A DNA stretch of 64,000 nt from Bispira polyomma (lineage: Eukaryota): the NCBI GenBank assembly GCA_965649765.1, contig OZ287752.1, positions 70,308,001 to 70,372,000 of the forward strand, given 5' to 3'. This document shows, piece by piece, positions 53,508-64,000 of the stretch. Position 1 is the first letter of the stretch; each line of letters starts with the position of its first letter. The notes under the pieces were generated by a model. The model saw nothing but the letters and a program-made list of their open reading frames with translations, made no database searches and was not told the DNA's origin. A program made the translations under genes and the position numbers.

Positions 53508-54053
53508 CCCACCGGATTTACATTAGGATATGTAAGTACGCATGGCCTGTAAAATATTTGATGCAAAACGTCATGCAAAACTCAAAATTGGTGATTTTTC
53601 CAACGTTGAAGGGGCCAACAGACGTTAAAATTCATGTATTAGTACGTCAAAAGCTGTAACGTCTTGCAGGGGATGCATAAGTTCACGTCCAAGTACGTAT
53701 TTGAACCCTCGTAAGACATGTATGAGTATGTCAATACACGTTGAAGGCCGTCATTTGTGACGTTTAAGTACGTTTGACTACTTCAAACCACATCATTCAT
53801 GCATTGTGACGCACATAGCCGTTACACTACGCGAACTGTCACAATGTTCACGCTAAAATTCACACTTAAGTACGTCAAATTTTGCAGCTTTTGCAAGTCC
53901 AAATTTCAAACGGTTTGAAAGTACAAATTTGTTGCATCTCATCTCTCACGCCCGGTTATGTATGTTCATGTATGTTACGTCAGCTCCAGCAAATACGATG
54001 CAAAACCTACGCAAATTATTTTTTAAACAACTCCTAACGTGACGGCTGGTGGG
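53508..54053. mobile_element. MITE with CCCAC termini
   Basis: CCCACCGGATTTACATTAGGA and TCCTAACGTGACGGCTGGTGGG form imperfect TIRs; ACGT-rich interior; interrupts LINE ORF2. Superfamily uncertain (possibly EnSpm/CMC-like). Confidence 0.65.
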
Positions 54054-55084
54054 ATAATAAAGGTAATAAGCCAGGTCAATATTTGAAAAATTGGAGACCT
54101 CTATCCATGCTTTCAGTTGTATACAAAATGACTTAAAATTTGTCAGTTTGCTGATGACACCTTTTTTTTTCTTTTTCTTAATGGAACACAGACATCCCTT
54201 CAGGCAGCACTTAATACTTTTGGTTCGGTTTCAGGTCTCCATATGAATACAACCAAAATTAAAGTAATCTGGATTGGAAGAAAAAAATTCTTTAAAGATA
54301 AATTAAGAGTAAGTCTAAAATCAGATCGGGGGAACACTCGTTTCACTCTGTTGGGATTAGCTTTTGACATAAATCTGAATGACATGATTCCTCTAAATTT
54401 TGACAAAAGCATCTTTCAGATAAAAAATACATTACAACAATGGTCAGAAAGAAAAATAACACCAACAGGAATAATCACAACTGTAACAATATTGGCACTG
54501 TCTAAACTCAGTTCCCCAGTGTAGCCGTCTTATTTAATAGTATGTAAGCTTGCATAACCAAGTAAAAGATTGCGGTTTAAAATTTTATTAGGTACTAATA
54601 TGTTAGGGCTACTACTTAGTATATATACAGTTCTAAGGTTAGGGCATAAGGTCACCTTAAATGTAAGCATTTTGAAATTACTAAGGTTGCCTTAAACTGA
54701 GAATAAGGCAACCACAAATACACTTTTAAATCTATAATTCAGTTAAGGCTAGCTTGATCTGAAGTTTCGTGTCAAGCTTAAGTTAAGTCTACCAGTGACT
54801 TAACTAAAATTTAAGGTTAGGTTAAGCCAAGAAAGAGACACGTTGAGTTTAAGGTTGCAGTAAGTCAACCATGTGAATTAGTAAGGTAGACTTAAATGTA
54901 AGTAGAATTTGAGATTATTAAATCAAATTTGAGACAAAAGAATACATTATGTACTGTGTTATGTAAGGTGACCTTATGCCCAGTACAGTAATATGGTTAC
55001 TGTAAGTTTCTATTTAAATACATTAATATATGAACATGTTCTCTGAGACTGTCACATAAGATGTGGCAGACCACCAAACCCAGA

Positions 55085-56050
55085 TCATGACGAAGTACGT
55101 AGGGCTGCAGAGTTAGCGTCAGATACCTGGGAACCAGCAATAGGTGAGTCTGTAATGTATCTCCACACACAGTCCGACGTCCAGGTGCCATTAGATTTGG
55201 ACATTATTATTAAAAGCAAAGGTGGTACCTGAACGTCGAAAAGCATGGAAGGTGAGGTTTGAATTTTGTAAGCCCAGCATCTGTAATACAATCTTGAGAG
55301 GGCGTCTGACCCGGGTGTGAGTAAGAGGGATCCAGGAAGCCAAAAGCTTAAACTGAAACAAAGAAAAATTTGAACCAGTAGGAGTAATGGCCAACAAGTT
55401 CTTCAAGGCTGTAACTGGACATAAAATTGAATTAGACAAAGCTGGTAAGGTGATGAGTCACACCGCATTGTTGGTTTGCATTGTTTTGGACCACTTTACC
55501 AGTACAACTGCGTAACCAGGCTTGAACATGAAATCGCCTCTGGCGAGATGTTTAAGAGGTGAAAAATCATTTACTGAGTGGGGACATAGATTTGAGAGTC
55601 GTAGAAAGCTAAAGAAACTGGTAAGGTAAACAGCCTTGAAGACTTGGCCCATATACAAATAGTTACATTTCTGAACTAAAGCACTAAGCAGAGGTATGTC
55701 AAAAATACATTTTAAGTTAACTTGCAAAGGTCTATTTACTAGTAAGGCTTTAGTAAAGTATGAAATTCGTGGATCAGAAAAGACATTTACATGGAACAAG
55801 ATGCACTTAGCTTTGATGGCCGACAAGTGATTTGCAATCTGAGAGGGTGATACAGCATTAAAATTCAAAAATTCTAAATATGCAAGAATGTTAAAAACGT
55901 TCACCTGGGTGGGGGTCCATTTCATGAAGACCCCAAAAGCCAGAAAATGTCTGTACATGCTCTCATAGGCTTTAGCTGTTGAAACAGCGAAAGCTAAATG
56001 CAATCTCTGGCAAGCCATCTTTGTCAGCATCCTATCCATGGGATTTGTTG
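55085..56050 (-). pseudogene. Tyrosine recombinase of Ngaro copy 3
   Basis: Catalytic motifs FLRLSNL (R), KWSKT (K), FHAFRR (HxxR), GTW and VWRYI (Y); lesions near 55458 and 55191. Confidence 0.9.
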
Positions 56051-56099
56051 CTTAAATACATAAAACTAGGGGTACTTATTCTATATATTATTATCCACC

Positions 56100-57945
56100 T
56101 GCAATAAAGTGTGGTCAGTATCTAACCAAACTACAGGGCTTGCCAAAGTAGCCCAAATTTTTTCATTATTTTTGGTTTTGTCCCACCTAGACTATAAGTC
56201 GGTTATATTGTTATTAACGCCTAGTATATGTACAACTTTGATGTCTATATTGAAATGACTAGCCCACATGTATATATTGCAAGTATAAGTAGCCAATATT
56301 GGATCTTTTGTTCGCCCCGTTTCTAAGACACTGACCACAGCTTATTTGTCGCATTTGAACAATACTTGGAATCCACGCCAGGCTTCAGCCCACAATTTTA
56401 AGGCTACTAATATATTTAGCATCTCTAGTGCCGCAATATTATGATGAGACATATGGGTAGGGACTAGTAATTTGTATATTTTCGCATTGACGGGAGTGTG
56501 ATTAAAGAAAGAAACTCTATTAAATTGATTTATAAATGTGATAAACCACCTAAGGTCCCTGGTGAATTCTTCAGTAAGAGGAAATCTATTCTTGCTGTGA
56601 TTATCTCTTAACAGGGCTAACATCCGATTAGGATATACTCTAACATATCTAATACATTTTGCCACATATAGTGGAGACCCTAGTAAAGACTGAAGCTCTT
56701 TTTTGGTACAATACTTTTTTACTTCTCCATCTGACGCATATATCTTTTATTTCCTGCAATTTTTCAATGGGAATAGAAGTAGTAAATTTCACAGTATCAA
56801 TACTTATACCCAGACATATAACCACAGTATTAGGAGGCGCTAATTTTTTCTTGCTGACTGTAAGTCCTAGCTCAGATAGCAGTACTTGCAAGCGTTGGTA
56901 AGTCTTGACGATTTTATTCAGGAGCGAGATGCATAAAAAATCATCCAAATAATTGTGGACATTATGACCTTTGGAGTGCATTATGTATCTGACTGCGTCT
57001 GAAATTCTCTAGAAGATAGTACTCCCATTTTGATAACTGAACAGGAGTGACTTATCTATAAAATAAGAACCCCACTTCAGGCCTAACAAATCAATGTCCC
57101 CAGGATCAATGGGCACGTGTCTAAATGCCCTACTAATGTCAATTTTGAATATTTTACAACCTCTCCCCAGTTTGAGTACCTCATTTGTTAAATTGTCAAT
57201 AGAAGGATCAGACAGTATAAAATGTGTACCCAAGTATGTGGTGGGTGAAGCACCAGCGTTAACTGATTGGCCCTTCGGCCAGCTCTGATCAACAATGACC
57301 AGCCTATTACTCAAAGTTGTTTTTGTGCGTGTCATCACTGGTGAGAAATGAAGGTTTTTGATCAGAGGGTCCATAAATGGCCCGAGCATTGCTTCATAAT
57401 CACATTTTCCTTCAAATAGAAATCGACGTATTCAGGAAATTCCAAGGCGAATTTGTGATTGAGCCACGCTGATTGGCTGATATTGTCCAAGCACACTAAA
57501 TCTATTAGCCGTGTCAGCCTGCAATTGATTGTTTTGTTTGTTGGAATCATTTGAACTTCTACTTTTGTTAACAAAGAGAGGAACCTGAGTTTTGGCAATA
57601 GCTTGTGGTTTTTTTGATTCTCACCTTGTGTGTGTGCCTTACTCTGGTCGCCTCCATTGTTGTTTTATTTACATTTCTTGGGGAAGCTTTGCACCCCAAT
57701 TTTTGATGTACAAGGTTAGAATTAGTACTAGTATTTTTATGTACACTTTGTGATACGCTACTATCCATATACTTACTGCTACTACGCGGTTTAACCACGA
57801 CTTCGCTGTAACTACACTGGCTTGTTATACCTCTATTATATGTACACATCTTTTTAATCACCGACTTGTCAAACAAGTGAAATGATTGAAAACCATTTTT
57901 ATATACAGTGCGACTAAAAATTCGCTTCATACTTTTTTCGCCCAC
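56100..57945 (-). pseudogene. RT/RNase H ORF of Ngaro copy 3
   Basis: MLGPF, SPVMTR, KIDISRAFRHVPIDP, NYLDDF, LGISIDT, NIAALEMLN, FKCD; broken frames. Confidence 0.88.
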
Positions 57946-57965
57946 TGCATCGCTGCAGTGGCCCC

Positions 57966-58963
57966 TTAGTTGTTTGATCCCTTCTTGTTACAAACCGAGT
58001 TTTTGTGGCTAGCTCCACACGCCTCACACACATGTTTAAAGTAGGTATTCCCAGTTTTGTGATTATTCTGGTGCTTATATGTACCTTCTTGAAAGAATTT
58101 ACAGTTTGCCGAATTTTGCTTACCACTGACAGTTGTCTTAGTACCAGTTTTACTGTTTTCCTGGCTAGCACTACTAGAAATATGCCTTTGGGCATGAGCC
58201 CTTCTTAATCGATCTATCTTATCGACCTCTGTCCACTTTAACTTGTCCATCTCCATAGTGGAGAGAATGACAGCATGACACGCTTTGGCCGACTCCCATC
58301 AAATTAGCCATGTATTCCAACATTATTTCACGAATTTCTGTGGATTTCTCATCTTGAATTATTCTAGTGAATCCACAGACCCACTGATTGAGAGTTAAAT
58401 CGTCATAACTTGGATGAGTTTTCAAACTTCCAAAAAGGACATGATTTTGTGGCCATTCGACTAATTTTCTAACTAGAACGTCAGTAGCCCCCTCTTTGGC
58501 ATTTAAGCTTACCTTGGGTCAGATTCTCGTTCAAAGTTTTTAATTCAACTAATCTCTGTTCTACTTGTGTTTGAATAGCCGAGTTTTTCTTTAGGAATTC
58601 AACAGTAGGAATAACACTATCACTGGAACTAGCTTCAATACTCGGTTCGATTATAGAATTGACAGAAAGAGAACTACTACCCACCTGATTTTTGGTGAGG
58701 TCTTCCGCTATCGATTCCGCCGTGAGCTGTACTCGTTGGTCCATCCTCTCCATCATTTCAGCCATGGATTGCAATTGTGTCAGAATTTGTCGAGAAATAT
58801 GATCGCCCTGAACTGGAGAGGAGGTAGAAGCATCACTAGAGCCGGCGACAGCCACGGATTCCTCAGACACCACAGAATAAGCACATTTTCTACCCACTGG
58901 CCTTTCATGTTTTCGACCACACTTGGAACATCTAAAATCTTTAATACTTGGCATTGTAAACAT
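57966..58963 (-). pseudogene. Gag-like ORF of Ngaro copy 3
   Basis: N-terminal CSKCGRKHERPVGRKC, central WPQ..YDDLTLNQWVCGF, C-terminal HVCEACGASH..C Cys/His motifs; internal stop at ~58481. Confidence 0.8.
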
Positions 58964-60044
58964 ATAATTAAAAGTTGAAATTAAAACACTAAAATGACTA
59001 AAACATCAAAGTGCACAAACAACAAATTTAAATCTCAACCGTTACCCACCAAGCCTATTGTTTCGAAGTTGTTCCTAGTACATGAAAGTAAGAAAGGCGG
59101 GAGAATTTGAAATGTTTTGTCTTTTATAGTAAGCCGCAACGAGGTCAATTAGCTCTTTTAGACTGGTACAATGTGAACTGAAATCGCTCGCGCCTGGGCG
59201 CTGCCTACTAAAACCATCTTTTCAAACTTTGCCTACACCATCACTGAAATACATAAATCAAATAAATTAAAGACCATGTTCTACTCTTTTATTTGGGATG
59301 GCAAACCTGACAAGATTAGCAACAACATGGATACGACGTTTATTAATTGGCCATCAATCTGCATAGGGCAAATTATTTATAAAACCGTTTCACCTGTCCA
59401 AAGTCTTGCTTCAATGGGCTCACAGTGGTGCAACAAAATCGCAAATAGGATAAGTAATGAGTTCTGGACTACAGTATTGAAAGCATGGGCAAAGGTTATT
59501 GACAAAATTGTGCCAAGGAAAAATCTTGATCTGCTTTCTTCACCATTGTGGTACAATAAACATATATCTATTGAAGAACCATATATAATTAAGTCAGACT
59601 CATCTATTTAAGCACAAGGCTGTAGTTTTGACTATATAAATTGTATTTGATACAGTAAATTAATTGAACAGTTTATCAGTTTAATATTGAAAATACAGAC
59701 GTTTATCAGTTTAATATTGAAAATACAGAAGTATCAAGTGTTTGGTTATCTTTATTGTAGATAATACTACATATACATACACATATACAAACATATACCT
59801 GTGTATACTTTTTAACTGCTATTGTATCAAACTCTTAAAAGTTTTGGTCATTATCCATGTAATGTATTTTATATGTTCTGTAAGATTAACTTATATACAA
59901 ATCCTACAGTATATTCCACTACATTACTCAGACATCAATATACAAGTATGTTATATCATAATGAGAAATATGATACAGATTGTGTAATAATAAAAACATA
60001 TAGGAAATAATGTAGACTGTGAATTTGTCCATTTATAACATTAT

Positions 60045-60437
60045 TATTATAAATTTTTAACGCGCTTTATTGATGCTAGGCATCTTCTAAAGCGCAACAG
60101 CAGAATCATTGGTCCAATCATAAGGTCCATGGACACTGCAAAGTCGTAAGGAAGGAATTGGGAGCGTGCATGAGGAAAGCTAAGGTGGGTAGGCAAGATT
60201 AAAAAGATAGGTTTTAAGCATTTTCCTAAAACCGATAAGTGTGTCAACTGATCTGAGGTCACTGGGAGACTATTCCATAACCGTGGAGCTGCAGTGGAGA
60301 ACGCTCTGAATCCCGCCTTTCTGATTTGTCTGACTGAAGTGATGGAGAGCCTGTTGCCTCTCTTGCATTTACTGAAGGAAAGAAGGGAGGCAAGGTAGGG
60401 GGCTGTTGAGTGACTACAGCCTTAAAAGTGGTAACGA
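60045..60437 (-). mobile_element. L2/CR1-like LINE 3' end
   Basis: Reverse complement aligns with 61370-61745, including the (AAT)n tail. Confidence 0.8.
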
Positions 60438-60469
60438 ATTATACTAAAATGTCCATCTGCAAGGATGAG

Positions 60470-61745
60470 TATTCACAGCTCTTTATGCTGTTGCTGTTTT
60501 CCTATCAGCAATGATATAAATGTTGCATTAGACCAAAATGAAACAGTGGCCCTCGCTCTTTTATATCTTTCAGTAGCCTTTGACACTATTGATCATGGCC
60601 TACTTTACGACACTCTCAAGACACTGTCCTTGATTGGATCAGATCATACCTTACTCTTAGAGCACAAATAATTAAACTAGATGATGACTTCTAGTTTAAT
60701 GATCATCTTCCATGAACCTACTATATAGAGTACCCCAGGGATCTGTCCTTGGGGCTCTACTTTTCACCATCTATACACATCCTCAGAGCACTGTCATCAA
60801 TAACCATAATATTAATCAAGTCTATCTCTCTCTCAACCCTCAAAATGCAAATAAATATATTTATCTACTGAAGGGCTACCTGTCCGCTGTGGATGAACTT
60901 CTCCAAAATGAAATTAAATCCGTACAAAACTGAATTCAGTCTCATTGTAAACAAGAAAGACAGTGAATTCCTAAATTGTTGTTCCCCATTTCCCTTCTGG
61001 AAAAAGATATACTACCTTTCAATAATGCCAAAAACCGGGGTGTCACTTTTGACTAAGCCTTTTTGTTTGACACCAATATTGCCAACATCTGTCGCTACTG
61101 CTATTACCACATCCGTGAGATGAAAAAAATCTGAAACCACTTGTCACTACCATAACTGTGGCCAACACCCTTGTGAGTAGTCGCCTCGATTACTGCAACT
61201 CTTTTTGGTTTGGAGTCAACAAGTCACAGATTAAAAAGCTACAGTCCATTCAAAATGAGCCTATTCGCCTGGGTGGTTGCAAAGATGTCACTCCTTACCT
61301 TAAAAAACTACACTGGCTGCACATTCACCCTAGAATTTTGTTCAAAATTCACGTTACCATTTTAAGGCTGTAGTCACTTAACAGCCCTCCTACCTTGCTT
61401 CCCTTCTCTCTTTCATAACCTGAAGAAAGGCAACAGACTCTCTGTTTCTTCGGGTAGACCCACCAGGAAGGTGGGATCCATAGCTTTCTCCATTGCAGCT
61501 CCGTTGTTATAGAACAGTCTCACAGTTAACCTCAGATCAGTAGATACACTCATTGGTTTTAGGAAAAAGCCCTAATTTTTTTAACCTTGTCTACCCACCT
61601 TAGTTTCCCACCTGTATGCCCCACATCTTTCCTTACGACCTTGCTATGCCCATGCACTCTACGATTGGATCACCGATTCTGCTGATGCGCTTTAGAAATT
61701 ACATAACATCAATAAAGTGCGTTAAAATGCATAATAATAATAATA
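60470..61745 (+). mobile_element. L2/CR1-like LINE, RT to 3' tail
   Basis: LSVAFDTIDH, VPQGSVLG, MKLNPYKTE, LVSSRLDYCNS, LKKLHWL; (AAT)n tail. Confidence 0.88.
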
Positions 61746-62721
61746 CAAAATTTAATTATTACTGAATCTTGTGACAAAAATTTTATAAATGAAAATCATC
61801 AAATATAACTAGTAATAAAACAAAAATATTCAAAGATTTCTAAGCAAAGTTTTTCTTCGTTTATCAGTAGAATGTGGTTGTTTTTAAACAGGTGATCAGG
61901 TAATTGTAAATTATATCGGTTTTATTATATTCTCAAGAGAATATACACATTTGTCTTGTTTTAGTGAATGTTAGTGCAATAAAAAGGCGATCTAAAACAA
62001 ATGATTATTATATCTCTCCATAAAATTCTACTGTGTGCGTGTAATGCAGGCAAACCACTTACACACTGTTTCTCCACTGTTTCTAACAAGTAGGCCAAAA
62101 TGCAGTAAATTATACACATGCAACTGACAGTTCGAATTTGTGCTGTTTAAAGCCACTGTGACCACTAGGTCATCGCTGTGCCTCCAAACCTTGAGGCAGA
62201 ATGTAAGATCTAACATGCAGAACTAATTTCTTGCCAAAAACTGTGTGGCTGGTTTGATGAGTGAATCATCCAACAACAAATTATGAAGTGCTACTATGAG
62301 AGTAAATGTAGGGCATCAATAACCTATTTAATATATCATTTTACACAGGATATGTACAATACTACAATTGCCTGCTCAGTCAAGAAATGTTTTTTCTCTA
62401 ATCTCATCAATAAAAATTGGTCTAATCAAAAGCAGTGTCAAGTGGTGGTGGTTTGTTGTACACATGTTTCTAGTAATTTTGGCTCTGTGTTATATCATTC
62501 TTTCTGGGTTCTCTCATTTGACAACAGTGATTTCCGAATATTTTTGTTAAACAACAACATAACAATATTTAATATAAAACGTACAATTTCTTGCTTGATG
62601 GTGCCTCTAGTTACTTCTTAAAAAGCTACAATCACTCTCAGAATTGCATTTTGGTCTCCTTAAGTTGGCTAAATGCCTCCTTGTATACTGAATTGTGGAA
62701 TGCATGCATTCGTTGGATTAG

Positions 62722-62910
62722 TTTTTAAAAAAGTCCCCCTAAAAAAAATTTATATTCTCAAACTAAAAAACAACAATGGAAATTTTTAACATAACCATAC
62801 ATGTCATGTCATCTTTTAAAAAAAAGTCCCCCCTCAAAATAAACTTATATTCCCAAACTAAAAAACAACAACAACAATGGAATTTTTTTAACATAACCAT
62901 ACATGTCATA
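62722..62910. repeat. ~90-bp tandem duplication
   Basis: AAAAAAGTCCCCC..TTATATTC.CAAACTAAAAAACAACAA..TTTTTAACATAACCATACATGTCAT occurs twice. Confidence 0.85.
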
Positions 62911-63239
62911 CGCTGAAACTTGTTATATCTCAAATGAATGAGAAGCTGACTGATTTAACTGCACTTGTAAATAATCATAGACTTTGTGTAAATAGTTAAC
63001 CATTGGTGGTGCTAAGACAGTGGTCGGGTCGTATACATGTACTGGTCTATACTGATGAAACCTATTGATCAACCTTTACTTGTCAGCAATCAGATAACTC
63101 GTAATGCATAGATGACCATTGGTTATCATAACATAGTAGTATGGGTAAACTGCTGATCTAGATGTTCATAGGCTAATGTGGTAAAATATTAACAATATTA
63201 ACAATTGGTGTATAACTAACTAATGTGAATTAACGTATG

Positions 63240-64000
63240 TTCTTTAACAAGTTTTAAAATAAAACTCCAAACATGTTAATCAATGCTTTATTATTTCTGG
63301 CTTCCTCCCGTGAGACTGAATGAATGTTAAGTATTTCTGCTGCAATAATGAATAGGGAAGGTGAAACAGGGTCACCTTACTTGTCTTCAACCACGCATAT
63401 TTTATAAACTCAGACATGAATCCATTTTGTATGACAGCAGTTTGCATATCTGTGTTAAATAGTTTTATCCATGAAGTAACATTATCTGTAAAACCCATGT
63501 AATTGTACTTTTTGTATAAATTTTCATGATATCGAATCAAGGCTTTTTCAAAATCAATTAGCATAAGGAGAGCAGAAATTTTGAAATTTTCTGCAAAATG
63601 CATTTTGTCATATATCAGTCATGTTGATTCAACTATATATCTAGCAGAGACAAAGCCATTCTGATTTTTGCTGATGAAACTATTCAACAGAGGTTTCATT
63701 ATATTTTTCAATAGCAACTGAAGTTAGCTTGTATATCGCACATAAGTTTCATAATGGGTGTCTATTCTGAATATATTCTCTGGGCTTTCCCTTTTAGGAA
63801 GGCATATTAAGAGGTGCTTCCTTTGTGACAGGGAATTTGTTTTATAATTTAGGGCTCTAAGTTAATTATCAAAATGTTTAGTTCTTGTATAATGTTCTAA
63901 TTGATAGCCAGTGTTGATATCTATATGATTGATCAGCTTTGATATCTATATCACTTATAAAGTCTGTTAGGCTTGCTGAAACAATAAAATAATCTAGTCC
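63240..64000 (-). mobile_element. L1/Tx1-like LINE RT fragment
   Basis: LPKRE, ISKNQNGFVSARYI, LMLIDFEKA and VIQNGFMSE motifs with frameshifts. Confidence 0.75.

Larger units (their letters stand above)
54511..59212 (-). mobile_element. Ngaro-like YR retrotransposon (copy 3), A-gag-RT/RH-YR-B, both ends defined
   Basis: Boundaries fixed by the interrupted LINE codons (SKL|HLF); no TSD; gag, RT, RNase H and YR all recognisable; several stops and frameshifts. Confidence 0.92.
53230..59610 (+). mobile_element. L1/Tx1-like LINE remnant split by two insertions
   Basis: KTPGIDSFPADFFKVFW..VTFLP | MITE | KGNKP..KNWRPLSML, ICQFADDT, ILALSKL | Ngaro | HLFQTLPTP, FIWDGKPDKI, SPLWYN. LINE segments ~53230-53498, 54058-54510 and 59213-59610. 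Confidence 0.85.

Noticed and set aside
54635-54985. CRISPR array next to an RT
   Set aside because: Motifs are short, degenerate and irregularly spaced within a eukaryotic retrotransposon repeat; reported instead as a palindrome array.

Overview
AT-rich, repeat-dense eukaryotic genomic DNA with GT-AG introns, most likely a lophotrochozoan such as a mollusc (inferred from gene and transposon families). Three spliced genes can be reconstructed with in-phase exons. Two are convergent C1q-domain paralogs (1227-5255 +, 19430-22589 -; signal peptide, conserved unknown module, coiled coil, gC1q). The third is a 7-exon secreted tyrosinase (41123-50307 +, ~858 aa) with a highly basic N-terminal domain, a ~300-aa (PTTTTT)n mucin stalk, intact CuA/CuB sites and a Cys-rich tail. 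The rest is nested mobile DNA: three Ngaro-like tyrosine-recombinase (YR) retrotransposon copies, a Harbinger remnant with related MITEs, Kolobok-type and CWG-target MITEs, tRNA-derived SINEs, L2/CR1 and L1/Tx1 fragments, and tandem repeats. The most interesting observations are (i) an apparently conserved in-frame splice joining the Gag zinc-finger N-terminus to the YR, (ii) an array of 13-bp palindromes in the Ngaro B repeat plus rearranged termini, (iii) the tyrosinase architecture, (iv) a TACTAAC-containing satellite in tyrosinase intron 2, and (v) an N-terminal C1qDC module better conserved than the C1q domain. All alignments were made by eye and TE boundaries are approximate.
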